A stretch of DNA of 64,000 nt from Gemmataceae bacterium (GTDB lineage Bacteria; Planctomycetota; Planctomycetia; Gemmatales; HRBIN36). Shown here piece after piece: positions 17,857 through 26,677 of this stretch. The notes beneath the pieces are model-generated. The model had not been told where the DNA came from, ran no database searches, and worked only from the letters and a program-made list of their open reading frames with translations. The number at the start of each line of letters is the position of its first letter. The first letter of the stretch is position 1. The stretch covers positions 15,343 through 79,342 of the forward strand of contig PSKW01000005.1 of the NCBI GenBank assembly GCA_040289265.1. The letters run 5' to 3'. The translations under genes and the position numbers were made by a program.

Positions 17857-19125
17857 ATGGCTTGTCGGACCGTGTGCGCGTGGGCCTTTGTGGCGTGGCT
17901 CGTGGCGTCGTTCGGGGCTATCGGATGCGCTCGGGACCACGGTACCGCCGATCCTGCCTTGCGCCCCGCGACGCCTCGGATCGCGCGCGACCAGATGCGC
18001 TATGCGCTGCAAATGGGTACGCGCTATTTGATCCAACGACAGCAGGCAGACGGATCGTGGCGCTCCGATCGGTATGCCCCTTTTCGAGACGGCACGGCTT
18101 TGACTCCGTTGGTCCTGACCGCTATGCAGGCGGCTTGGGATAGCGGCGACACCGAGCCTGAGCTGGCGCAAACTATCCGCGCCGGCTGTGCTTTTATGCT
18201 GCAATTCTCCGATCCACGCGGTTCGCTGCGCATCGCCGAGGACCAGTTGGAATACCCTGTGTACACGGCGGCTTTGACCGTCCAGGTATTTAGCCATGCA
18301 CGTGCAGGTCAGGCCGCCGCTGCCAGGCAAGCCTGGGTCCAGTACCTCAAAGAGCGGCAACTCGTCGAGACGCACGGCTGGCAACGCGGGGACAAAGAAT
18401 ACGGCGGCTGGGGTTACTGTCGGTTGATCCCCAGAAAGCCAGCCCCGGGGGAATTGGCCCCTGCACTCCTGGAGTCCAATCTGTCGGCGACCGTCCACGC
18501 TGTGCAGGCACTAGCCGAGGCAGGGTCTTTGGATGCAGCGACGGCCCAAGCAGCACTGGTGTTCATTCGACGCCGGCACAATTGGTCGCCGATAGTACAA
18601 GGGCCGGGCAACGACGGCGGCTTTCACTTTATCTACGACGACCCAGTCCGCAACAAGGCCGGTTCGACTTGGGTAGCCGAGGGCCCTTACTTACCCGACG
18701 AAAGCTTGCGGCCACTGTGGTATTTTTCTTATGGCAGCGCCACGGCGGACGGCTTGCGGGCACTTTTACTGTGTGGCGAGAGGGATAGCCAGCGCATCGA
18801 GGCGGCGCGCGCCTGGCTGCGCGAGCACTTCCGGGCAGATCGCCACCCGGGCTACTACCCTCCGATCCGAGAATACCAGCGCGACGCTGTCTATTACTAT
18901 TACACTGCCTCTGTAGCGCGGGCCATGCAGCTTGCACACATCCAGTTGGCCGACGGACGCAGCTGGGCGTCGGAATTGGCCGCTGCCCTGGTCACACGCC
19001 AGCAGGCGGACGGATCATGGCAAAACGCTCACGATCTGGTGCGCGAAGACGAGCCCCTGGTGGCTACTGCTTTGGCGCTCACCGCCCTCGCCCATTGTCA
19101 CCGAACTTTGTTTTCGCCGCGCTAA
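17857..19125 (+). CDS. Prenyltransferase/squalene-oxidase-repeat lipoprotein (paralogue-like neighbour of 16312..17727)
   Basis: ORF 17761..19125. The start is uncertain (17761, 17845 or 17857). 17857 gives the lipoprotein signal MACRTVCAWAFVAWLVASFGAIGC. Motifs QRQQADGSWRS and TRQQADGSWQN. Confidence 0.75.
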   Translation: MACRTVCAWAFVAWLVASFGAIGCARDHGTADPALRPATPRIARDQMRYALQMGTRYLIQRQQADGSWRSDRYAPFRDGTALTPLVLTAMQAAWDSGDTEPELAQTIRAGCAFMLQFSDPRGSLRIAEDQLEYPVYTAALTVQVFSHARAGQAAAARQAWVQYLKERQLVETHGWQRGDKEYGGWGYCRLIPRKPAPGELAPALLESNLSATVHAVQALAEAGSLDAATAQAALVFIRRRHNWSPIVQGPGNDGGFHFIYDDPVRNKAGSTWVAEGPYLPDESLRPLWYFSYGSATADGLRALLLCGERDSQRIEAARAWLREHFRADRHPGYYPPIREYQRDAVYYYYTASVARAMQLAHIQLADGRSWASELAAALVTRQQADGSWQNAHDLVREDEPLVATALALTALAHCHRTLFSPR

Positions 19126-19462
19126 CTATCCAGGGCAGTGCCGAGCACACCCTCTTGGGCGATTTGCCTGTTTTCCCCTGGCCCTCTGTAACCCTCCTTC
19201 TAGCTATTTTGCCAGCATCTGACCCGTATTTCGGGTTTGTATCCGCGCATCTATTGCTCGAGCGTGTGTCGGTGAGTCGGACCTTGGGCGTGCGCACCTG
19301 GTGGTCGGATCGAAGACAATCCGGTGGCGCGGATCGGTGTACGCCGCCAGTGGTGCAAGCATGTCGGACTTGACCGATCTTGCCTGAGTGCACATGATAG
19401 GACGCCTGCTTTCACGAAGGTGCGGTCACGGAAGGGCCGCCTGTTAGGGTAGGAGCAAGGGA

Positions 19463-20164
19463 ATGCAGCCGGAGCACGCGGGGGGTAGTGGCATCAGTCC
19501 TTCGGCACGTTTGTATCCCGGGGTGGAGCTAGGCGAAGGATGCGTTATCGGCGAGTACGTGGTCTTGGGGGAGCCGCCGCGGCAGTGCCTGCCCGGCAGT
19601 CAGCCGACGCGGCTCGGTCGTGCGGCCAGGGTGCGTAGTCACACGGTCATCTATGCCGGTACTACGATAGGCGACGATTTCCAGTGCGGCCACGCCTGTC
19701 TGATCCGTGAAGAATGTCACATCGGCGATCGAGTCAGCATCGGCTCCCATACGGTCGTGGAGTTTCGCGTGCATATAGGCAACGGGGTACGTATCCACTC
19801 GCAGGCATTCATTCCCGAATACTGCGTCCTCGACGACGAGTGCTGGATCGGACCGCGTGTGGTACTGACCAATGCCAAATACCCGGCGGCACCCAAAAGC
19901 AAAGCGCACCTGGCGGGCGTACACGTGGGGCGCAAAGCCAAAATCGGGGCCAACGCTACCATTTTGCCGGGTGTGACGCTGGGGGAAGGCTGCCTTGTAG
20001 GGGCAGGCGCGGTCGTCACGCGCGCGGTGCCGCCTGGGGCCGTCGTGGTCGGCAATCCGGCACGCATCGTCAAGCACATTGACGATCTCTGTTGGCCCGA
20101 AGACGATCCCGACCTGGGCGGGCCGGTATACGCAGGTTTGGGCTTGCGTGCGACCGCGACATGA
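19463..20164 (+). CDS. Left-handed beta-helix (hexapeptide) sugar N-acetyltransferase, WbpD/WlbB-like
   Basis: Hexapeptide repeats throughout (IGDRVSIGSHTVVEFRVHIGNGVRIHSQAFI ... IGANATILPGVTLGEGCLVGAGAVV). RBS AGGAGCAAGGGA. Confidence 0.8.
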   Translation: MQPEHAGGSGISPSARLYPGVELGEGCVIGEYVVLGEPPRQCLPGSQPTRLGRAARVRSHTVIYAGTTIGDDFQCGHACLIREECHIGDRVSIGSHTVVEFRVHIGNGVRIHSQAFIPEYCVLDDECWIGPRVVLTNAKYPAAPKSKAHLAGVHVGRKAKIGANATILPGVTLGEGCLVGAGAVVTRAVPPGAVVVGNPARIVKHIDDLCWPEDDPDLGGPVYAGLGLRATAT

Positions 20165-20209
20165 CCAGTGCGGCGTTCGATCGGCTGGAGCTGTGCAAGG
20201 AACGAATCC

Positions 20210-21352
20210 ATGACGATTGCAAAACCGGCGCTTTTGCCCTTGAACGACTTGGCCGCAGGCCATTGCAGACTGGAAGCAGAATTGACTGCTGCCTGGCGCC
20301 GCGTGCTGGATACGTCCAATTTTATCGGCGGTCCGGAAGTTCAGAGCTTTCAGGAGGAGTTTGCCAGCTATTGCGGCACTCGCTTCGCTGTCGGCGTCGG
20401 CAATGGAACGGAAGCGCTGTGGTTGATCCTCAAAGGGCTGGGCATAGGCCCCGGGGACGAAGTGATCACCTCGCCTTTTACGTTCATTGCCACCGCCGAA
20501 GCGATCACGCTCTGCGGCGCTCAGGTGGTTTTTTGCGATATTGACCCGACGACCTACACACTCGATCCGCGCGCTTTGGCCGATTGCATCACGGAACGCA
20601 CGCGGGCCGTGGTCGTTGTCCATCTGCATGGGCAAGTGGCGGACATGGAGGCTTTGGCGGCCATATGCCGGCAGCGACGCTTGTGGCTGGTCGAAGATGC
20701 AGCGCAGGCCCACGGGGCCACTTACCGCGGCCGGCGTGTCGGTTCCCTGGCAGACGCTGCCGCTTTCAGCTTTTATCCAGGCAAAAACCTGGGCGCACTG
20801 GGTGACGCCGGCGCCGTCGTGACCGACCGTGAAGACCTGGCCCTGTTCGTCCGGCAGTGCGCCGATCATGGCCGTCTGAGCAAATACGAGCACCATTTTC
20901 CCGGTACCAACAGTCGGCTCGATGCACTCCAGGCGGCAGTTTTGCGCATCAAATTGCGCTATCTCGACGATAACAATGCGCGTCGGCGCACGATTGCCGA
21001 CTGGTATCGGCAGTGGCTGGGCGACTGTCCCGATGTGCGTTTGCCTTGCGAAATACCGGGGCGCTCGCCGGTATACCATCAGTTCGTCGTGGAAGTGCCG
21101 CGCCGGGACGAAATCCGCCAGGTGCTGGCCCAGCAGGGGATCCAGGCCGGTGTCCACTATCCGATCCCGCTGCATTTGCAACCGGCCTACCGGCATCTGG
21201 GCTACGGCCCGGGGGCGTTTCCGGCAGCGGAGCGGGCAGCGCAACACGTGCTGAGTCTGCCTATGTTTCCCGAATTGACCCACGAGCAGGTCGCACGCGT
21301 GTGCCAGACGTTGCGCGCTGCCCTCGGCCACGCCAGACGCCGAGCCGCTTGA
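20210..21352 (+). CDS. DegT/DnrJ/EryC1/StrS family sugar aminotransferase (PLP)
   Basis: Inside ORF 20168..21352. GTEALWLILKGLGIGPGDEVITSPFTFIATAEAI and the PLP-lysine context FSFYPGKNLGALGDAG. Confidence 0.88.
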   Translation: MTIAKPALLPLNDLAAGHCRLEAELTAAWRRVLDTSNFIGGPEVQSFQEEFASYCGTRFAVGVGNGTEALWLILKGLGIGPGDEVITSPFTFIATAEAITLCGAQVVFCDIDPTTYTLDPRALADCITERTRAVVVVHLHGQVADMEALAAICRQRRLWLVEDAAQAHGATYRGRRVGSLADAAAFSFYPGKNLGALGDAGAVVTDREDLALFVRQCADHGRLSKYEHHFPGTNSRLDALQAAVLRIKLRYLDDNNARRRTIADWYRQWLGDCPDVRLPCEIPGRSPVYHQFVVEVPRRDEIRQVLAQQGIQAGVHYPIPLHLQPAYRHLGYGPGAFPAAERAAQHVLSLPMFPELTHEQVARVCQTLRAALGHARRRAA

Positions 21353-21416
21353 CGTACCGGCACGCGTGCTGTGCTGCTTGGCAAGGAGAACCAGGTACCT
21401 GAGGAAAGGATGCCCC

Positions 21417-22382
21417 ATGCACGAATTGAAAGGCAAGACAGTTCTGGTCACCGGCGGCGCCGGCCTGGTAGGCTCGCACATTGCCGATGAGTTGGTCAAA
21501 GAAGGCGCCCGCGTCATCTGCTACGACAACCTGGTGCGCGGCCGTCCGGAACACCTCGACTGGGCACGACGTCACGGCGATGTGACCCTGGTCGTCGGGG
21601 ACATCGAGGATGCCCCCTTGCTGCAATCGGTCATGCGCGGCGTGGATTATGTCTTCCATCAGGCCGCCATGTGGCTGCGTGCCTGCCAAAAAGAGCCCAG
21701 ACGCGCTATCGAAGTCAACATCGTGGGCACCTTCAATGTGCTCGAAGCCTGCGTGCGCGCCGGCGTCAAGAAAATCGTCGCCGCCAGTTCCAGCAGCGTC
21801 TACGGTGAAGGCCTGTACCTGCCCACCGACGAAAACCACCCGTACAACAACGACTTGTTTTATGGCATGACCAAGATCGCCAACGAGCAAATGTATCGCT
21901 GCTTTTACAAAGAGTATGGCCTGGACTTTGTGGCTTTGCGGTACTTGAATTGCTACGGCCCGCGGCAGCCTTTGGATAGCGCTTATCTGGACGTGATCAT
22001 GCATTTCCTGAACCGTATCGAGGCAGGCATGCCTCCCATCGTCCACGGCGACGGCAGTCAAACCGTAGACCTGGTCTATGTCGAGGATATTGCCCGGCTC
22101 AACATCCTGGCCATGAAAAGCCCGATCACCAACGAATTTTTCAACGGTGCCAGCGGCAAAGAGACTTCGCTGCGCGAACTGGCGGAATTATTGTGTCGTC
22201 TGGCTGGCCGGCCCGACTTGAAGCCCGTGTACGAGCCGCGGGATAGCAAGCTGGTTACGCGCCGCTGGGGCTGTCCGAAAAAGGCCAAAGCTTTGCTCGG
22301 CTTCGAGGCACGGGTGGGCGTCGAAGAGGGAATGCGGCGCGTCATTGCCTGGCGCCGCCAGATCCAGGCCCGCGCTGCCTGA
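21417..22382 (+). CDS. NAD-dependent nucleotide-sugar epimerase/dehydratase (extended SDR)
   Basis: Inside ORF 21366..22382. ATG 21417 follows GAGGAAAGGA. Rossmann motif VTGGAGLVGSH and catalytic YGMTKIANE (YxxxK). Confidence 0.85.
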   Translation: MHELKGKTVLVTGGAGLVGSHIADELVKEGARVICYDNLVRGRPEHLDWARRHGDVTLVVGDIEDAPLLQSVMRGVDYVFHQAAMWLRACQKEPRRAIEVNIVGTFNVLEACVRAGVKKIVAASSSSVYGEGLYLPTDENHPYNNDLFYGMTKIANEQMYRCFYKEYGLDFVALRYLNCYGPRQPLDSAYLDVIMHFLNRIEAGMPPIVHGDGSQTVDLVYVEDIARLNILAMKSPITNEFFNGASGKETSLRELAELLCRLAGRPDLKPVYEPRDSKLVTRRWGCPKKAKALLGFEARVGVEEGMRRVIAWRRQIQARAA

Positions 22383-22409
22383 AGCAGGTGCCCCGAGGAT
22401 ACGTAGGCC

Positions 22410-24245
22410 ATGTGCGGCATAGCCGGCTTCGTCGAAACGGGTTCCCCATTACCTGCGCTGGATCGGCTCCAGCGCATGCTGGCACGTTTGGCCCACCGTG
22501 GTCCGGACGCTACGGGATGGGATACCTGGCCTGACCCTCCGGTGGCTTTCGGTCAAACGCGTCTGGCTATCGTGGATCTTTCTCCGGCGGGCCGTCAGCC
22601 CATGTGGAACGAAGATCGTACCCTCATGCTGGTGTGCAACGGGGAGATCTACAACCATCGGCAATTGCGCCAGCTCCTGCGACGGCCACATCGGTTTTGC
22701 AGCCAGTGCGATGTCGAAGTCTTGCTCCATCTCTACGAGGACTGGGGCAGCGAGTTTTTGCCGCAGGTCAACGGTATGTTCGCTTTGGCCCTGTGGGACG
22801 GTACGCGCCGGCAATTGCTCCTGGCGCGCGACCGCTTCGGGGTCAAGCCATTGTACTACGCTCAGCACGGGGGCCGTTTCCTTTTCGCCAGCGAGATCAA
22901 AGCCTTGCTAGCGGCCGGGATGCCGGTCGAACCCGATCCCCTGGCGCTTGCCGAGCATTTCACCTGGCAATGGACTACCGGGGAGCGGACTTGGTTTCGC
23001 GGCATTCGACTGCTGGAGCCAGGCCATTGGCTAACGGTCAGCGCCGCCGGGGAGATCCACGGTCCGTACCCGTATTACACGCTGGGGTACGATGCTCCTG
23101 AAGCGCGTTCCTTGGAGGCGTGGCGCCAGGATCTGCTGGACGTGTTTTCGGCCGCGGTGCGACGGCAACTGATGAGCGACGTGCCCCTGGGCAGTTACCT
23201 GAGCGGGGGTATGGACACGGGGAGCATAGCAGCGGTCGCCGCGCGGCACCTGCCCGGACTGCATACCTTCACCTGCGGGTTCGAGCCTCGAGACCGCGTG
23301 CCAGGCGATGTCGGGTGCGACGAGCGCGAGGCCTCCTGGGAATTGGCTCGGCTTTTGGGTACGCAGCACCACGAGTTTTTGTTGCGACCGAGCGATATGC
23401 CCGCCTGCCTGGATCGTTTGATCTGGCATTTGGAGTATCCCGTCGCGGGTATCAGTTACCAGGTCTACTCGTTGGCTCGAGAAGTCCGTCGCTACGTGAC
23501 TGTGGTGCTGGGCGGCACGGGCGGCGACGAGCTGTTTGCCGGCTACCCGTGGCGCTACGCGCCCATCCTCGACACGCCGGACGGGGCCTTCGCCGACCGC
23601 TACTACGACCAGTGGTTGCGCTTTTTGACCGACGAAGAAAAAGGGCAGCTGTTCCTACCGGAATGGGCACGGCAGTTCCGCGAGTACAGCACACGCGCGC
23701 GCTTCCGCGAATTGGTAGCGAGCAGCGCTGGGCAGCCGCCGCTGCACCGTGCCTTGACTTTGGATATGCAGACCTTTTTGCAGGGTTTGCTCCTGGTAGA
23801 AGACAAGCTGTCCATGGCGCACGGGCTGGAGAGCCGCGTGCCGTTTTTGGACAACGAGTTGTTCGAGTTGCTGCGCCGGATGCCGTCCGACCTGAAAATG
23901 CGCGGACACACGGGCAAGTGGATCCTCAAAGAAGCTATGCGCGAGTTGTTGCCTCCACAGACGTTGCAGCGGCCCAAGCAGGGGTTCACCCCGCCGGAGC
24001 AGACATGGTTTCGCGGACCCAATCGGGCATTTGTCTACCAGCTTTTGATGTCGCCCGACAGTCGCTTGCGCTGCTATGTCCGGCCGGAGGCCGTGGAAAG
24101 CATCTGGGACGAATTCATCGGCCATCGGCGCAATCATCGGCAACTGATCTGGTCGCTGCTGCTGCTGGAGCGGTGGCATCGTGTATTCGTGGACGGGCAC
24201 ATACCGGTGCGCCACGTGCCCGGGGCATCGGCAGTGGCCGCGTGA
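22410..24245 (+). CDS. Asparagine synthase family glutamine-dependent amidotransferase (AsnB-like)
   Basis: N-terminal MCGIAG (Ntn Cys nucleophile), class II GATase domain, PP-loop SGGMDTGSIAA. 611 aa. Confidence 0.88.
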   Translation: MCGIAGFVETGSPLPALDRLQRMLARLAHRGPDATGWDTWPDPPVAFGQTRLAIVDLSPAGRQPMWNEDRTLMLVCNGEIYNHRQLRQLLRRPHRFCSQCDVEVLLHLYEDWGSEFLPQVNGMFALALWDGTRRQLLLARDRFGVKPLYYAQHGGRFLFASEIKALLAAGMPVEPDPLALAEHFTWQWTTGERTWFRGIRLLEPGHWLTVSAAGEIHGPYPYYTLGYDAPEARSLEAWRQDLLDVFSAAVRRQLMSDVPLGSYLSGGMDTGSIAAVAARHLPGLHTFTCGFEPRDRVPGDVGCDEREASWELARLLGTQHHEFLLRPSDMPACLDRLIWHLEYPVAGISYQVYSLAREVRRYVTVVLGGTGGDELFAGYPWRYAPILDTPDGAFADRYYDQWLRFLTDEEKGQLFLPEWARQFREYSTRARFRELVASSAGQPPLHRALTLDMQTFLQGLLLVEDKLSMAHGLESRVPFLDNELFELLRRMPSDLKMRGHTGKWILKEAMRELLPPQTLQRPKQGFTPPEQTWFRGPNRAFVYQLLMSPDSRLRCYVRPEAVESIWDEFIGHRRNHRQLIWSLLLLERWHRVFVDGHIPVRHVPGASAVAA

Positions 24246-24265
24246 AACGAAGGATACCCGAGTCT

Positions 24266-25330
24266 ATGGACGCAGGAAACCCAACGACTGCACGGACGAT
24301 ACGGGTTGCTGTGGTGGGATGCGGGTATTGGGGTCCGAACCTGGTGCGCGCTTTTACCGAGCTGCCCGAAGCAGAAGTGGCGTGGGTCTACGATCGGGAT
24401 ATGGGACGCGCGCGGGCAGTAGCCCGGCAGTTCCCTGGCATCCGCGTGGCTGCCGGATTGGAGCAAGTGTTGCAGGATAGCGGCGTGGATGCCGTGGCGG
24501 TGGCCACCCCGGCACATACCCATGCCGCACTCGCCGAAGCGATCTTGCGTGCCGGCAAGCATACCTTCGTGGAAAAGCCGCTCGCCTTGTCCAGTGCCGA
24601 TTGCCGCAAGCTCATCGAGCTGGCTCGGTCGCGGCAACGCATCCTCATGGTCGGCCATACGTTTCTGTTCAACGATGCGGTCATCCGGCTCAAAGAGATC
24701 ATCGCCCGCGGGGAATTGGGCGAGGTCTGGTATTTGCATGCCCGCCGGCTCAACTTGGGCCAGATCCGTCAGGACGTCAATGCCTTGTGGAACCTGGCGC
24801 CTCACGACATCAGCATCATGCTCTTTTTGCTGGGAGAGTTTCCCGAACAGGTCGTGGCCCGCGGCTACGATTTTCTGGGCCAGGGCATGGAAGACCTGGT
24901 GACGCTGACGCTCGAATTCGGCAGTGGCAAAGTCGGGATTATCGAGGTCAGCTGGCTGTCGCCCAACAAGGTGCGGGATCTGACCGTGGTCGGCTCGCGC
25001 AAGATGGCGCTCTATAACGATGTCAGCACCGATGCACGTCTGGTTTTGTACGATCGCGGCGTGGACAATGTGCCGCCGGAGCTGACCAACTTCGGGGAAT
25101 TTCAGTTCCGTCTGCGCTTCGGCGACGTGCACATCCCCCATTTGCCCATGCGCGAGCCGTTGCGCGTGGAAGTGCAGCACTTTGTGGAATGCGTGCGCAC
25201 GGGCAAACGTCCGCTGACCGACGGGGAGAACGGACTGCGCGTGGTCGAGGTGTTGGAAGCAGCCCAGCAGTCCCTGGCAGAAAACGGCGCGACTATTTCC
25301 TTGGTTCGCTCGGTAGGACTGGCGGCATGA
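24266..25330 (+). CDS. Gfo/Idh/MocA family NAD(P) oxidoreductase, WbpB/WlbA-like
   Basis: This is the 3' part of the chimeric ORF 23120..25330. ATG 24266. RVAVVGCGYWGPNLVRAF Rossmann motif and the HTFVEKPLALS (EKP) motif. Confidence 0.85.
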   Translation: MDAGNPTTARTIRVAVVGCGYWGPNLVRAFTELPEAEVAWVYDRDMGRARAVARQFPGIRVAAGLEQVLQDSGVDAVAVATPAHTHAALAEAILRAGKHTFVEKPLALSSADCRKLIELARSRQRILMVGHTFLFNDAVIRLKEIIARGELGEVWYLHARRLNLGQIRQDVNALWNLAPHDISIMLFLLGEFPEQVVARGYDFLGQGMEDLVTLTLEFGSGKVGIIEVSWLSPNKVRDLTVVGSRKMALYNDVSTDARLVLYDRGVDNVPPELTNFGEFQFRLRFGDVHIPHLPMREPLRVEVQHFVECVRTGKRPLTDGENGLRVVEVLEAAQQSLAENGATISLVRSVGLAA

Positions 25331-26667
25331 CATGGTCCGCGCACAAGCTCGGCCCGCTAGCGGTGTGCATCGCCGGGGTGAGGACCGCGGCCATCGTCTA
25401 CGCCGCCGTCGCCCGCTACTGGCCCCGTTCGTTGCTGGCCGTTTTGTCGAGCTTGGCAGCCGCGACAGTGGTAGCCGTCTTGTGCAGGTATCGGCTTCGG
25501 CAGGGGTTTTTACGGCTCTCTGTCGCCGGTCTATCCCTGGCCGTCGCCGCCGGGCTATTCGAGTTGTTGGCCCAGGGTCTGGCCCTGCTTCGGCCCACTT
25601 ATGACGTCCTCTATCTGGCTCCCGATTATACCCTGGGCTGGCGCCCCGTCCCGCACATGCAGTTCATGTGGTGTGGCCACCACGGATGGGCCAAAGAGTT
25701 CTCCGTGCCGGTACGATTGAACGGCTGGGGCTTTCACGATACGGAGCGATCGTTGACCAAGCCTGCAGGGTCGGTACGCATCGCTTTTTTGGGTGACAGT
25801 TTCGTCGAGGGTCTGCAAGTCCCCCTGGAACAAACCGCTACCCAGCACCTGCAAAAGAGACTCGCCGGCAAGACGGAGCCGCCCTGGCTGGCAGCACCCG
25901 ATGTGAATACGCGCCCGAGCCAATACGAGGTGCTCAACTTCGGGGTGTCCGGCTACAGTTTAGGCCAATGCCTGCTGTTGTACGAAACACTGGTTCACTG
26001 CTTTGGGCCGGACTTGGTGATTGTTCTGGTCAATGACTTCATGCTGGAGCGTAACGGACGGGCGCTCGGCGAATGCGGGCTGAAAATCAGGCCGGTATTT
26101 TGCGCAGAGAAAGGCCGGCTGGTGCTGCACATGCCGCAAGATTACCGAGCCTTTTGTATGTTTCAGGAAAAGCGCATTGCCGAGTGGGGTGGTCGCAGAA
26201 TCCAGCGGCGCTGCCCGGGTTGGTTCTTGGCCCGCTGTTGGCAAGTGGTGCGGCAGCCTATGGCGATCCCTACGGCCAGTCGCAGGCTGGATGACTACTT
26301 GAAGGCCCCCAAATGGTGGGCCAGTGCCAATGCCGAGTCAACACGATTGAGTCTTCTACTTCTGCGCCGTCTGCACGAACAGGTGCGCAGGCATGGCGCT
26401 CGTCTGGTTATCGCGGATACTTGCGCTTTTCTCAACCCGGGCGCTGGGTCGCTGAGCGGCCACTTGGCTCGGGTTTGCGACTCGCTGGGCATCGGCTATG
26501 TGTCGCTCTCGGAGCGTTTGTTCGACGCCCAAGCCTACGGCATCCAGATCTGCTATCCAAGCGACGGGCACTTTACCGCGGCGGGACACCGGCTCGTTGC
26601 CGAGGCCTTGTACTGGTGGCTGGCCGAAGAGAACGATCGCAGGCAGATGCGAGTGCAGCGTGAATAA
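25327..26667 (+). CDS. Membrane-anchored SGNH/GDSL-type esterase or O-acyltransferase (AlgX/AlgJ-like)
   Basis: Inside ORF 25189..26667. ATG 25327 overlaps the upstream stop (ATGA). Three N-terminal hydrophobic helices. Block I IAFLGDSFVEG, NFGVSGYS, and a C-terminal SDGHFTAAGH (D-x-H). Confidence 0.7.
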   Translation: MTWSAHKLGPLAVCIAGVRTAAIVYAAVARYWPRSLLAVLSSLAAATVVAVLCRYRLRQGFLRLSVAGLSLAVAAGLFELLAQGLALLRPTYDVLYLAPDYTLGWRPVPHMQFMWCGHHGWAKEFSVPVRLNGWGFHDTERSLTKPAGSVRIAFLGDSFVEGLQVPLEQTATQHLQKRLAGKTEPPWLAAPDVNTRPSQYEVLNFGVSGYSLGQCLLLYETLVHCFGPDLVIVLVNDFMLERNGRALGECGLKIRPVFCAEKGRLVLHMPQDYRAFCMFQEKRIAEWGGRRIQRRCPGWFLARCWQVVRQPMAIPTASRRLDDYLKAPKWWASANAESTRLSLLLLRRLHEQVRRHGARLVIADTCAFLNPGAGSLSGHLARVCDSLGIGYVSLSERLFDAQAYGIQICYPSDGHFTAAGHRLVAEALYWWLAEENDRRQMRVQRE

Positions 26668-26677
26668 GGCACGAAGG

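Noticed and set aside
19529-21517. 662-aa ORF antisense to the acetyltransferase and DegT genes. Similar long antisense or alternate-frame ORFs occur at 45746-47641 (631 aa, opposite ftsH), 44031-45542 (opposite pyrG), 38483-40099 (opposite WD40), 24134-25333, 58769-60007, 61032-62345, 32175-33347, 9193-10398, 1098-2339 and 4157-5503.
   Set aside because: They lie opposite or out of frame to genes with unmistakable conserved motifs. Their translations are R/G/A/P/H-rich low-information sequence with no motif I recognise. Long stop-free alternate frames are expected in DNA this GC-rich.
23120-25330. 736-aa ORF that would span most of asnB and the Gfo/Idh/MocA gene.
   Set aside because: Only the last 354 codons (from ATG 24266, preceded by an RBS-like AAGGA) encode a recognisable Rossmann oxidoreductase. 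The upstream part is an alternate frame of the asparagine synthase gene with Arg/Ala/Gly-rich nonsense.
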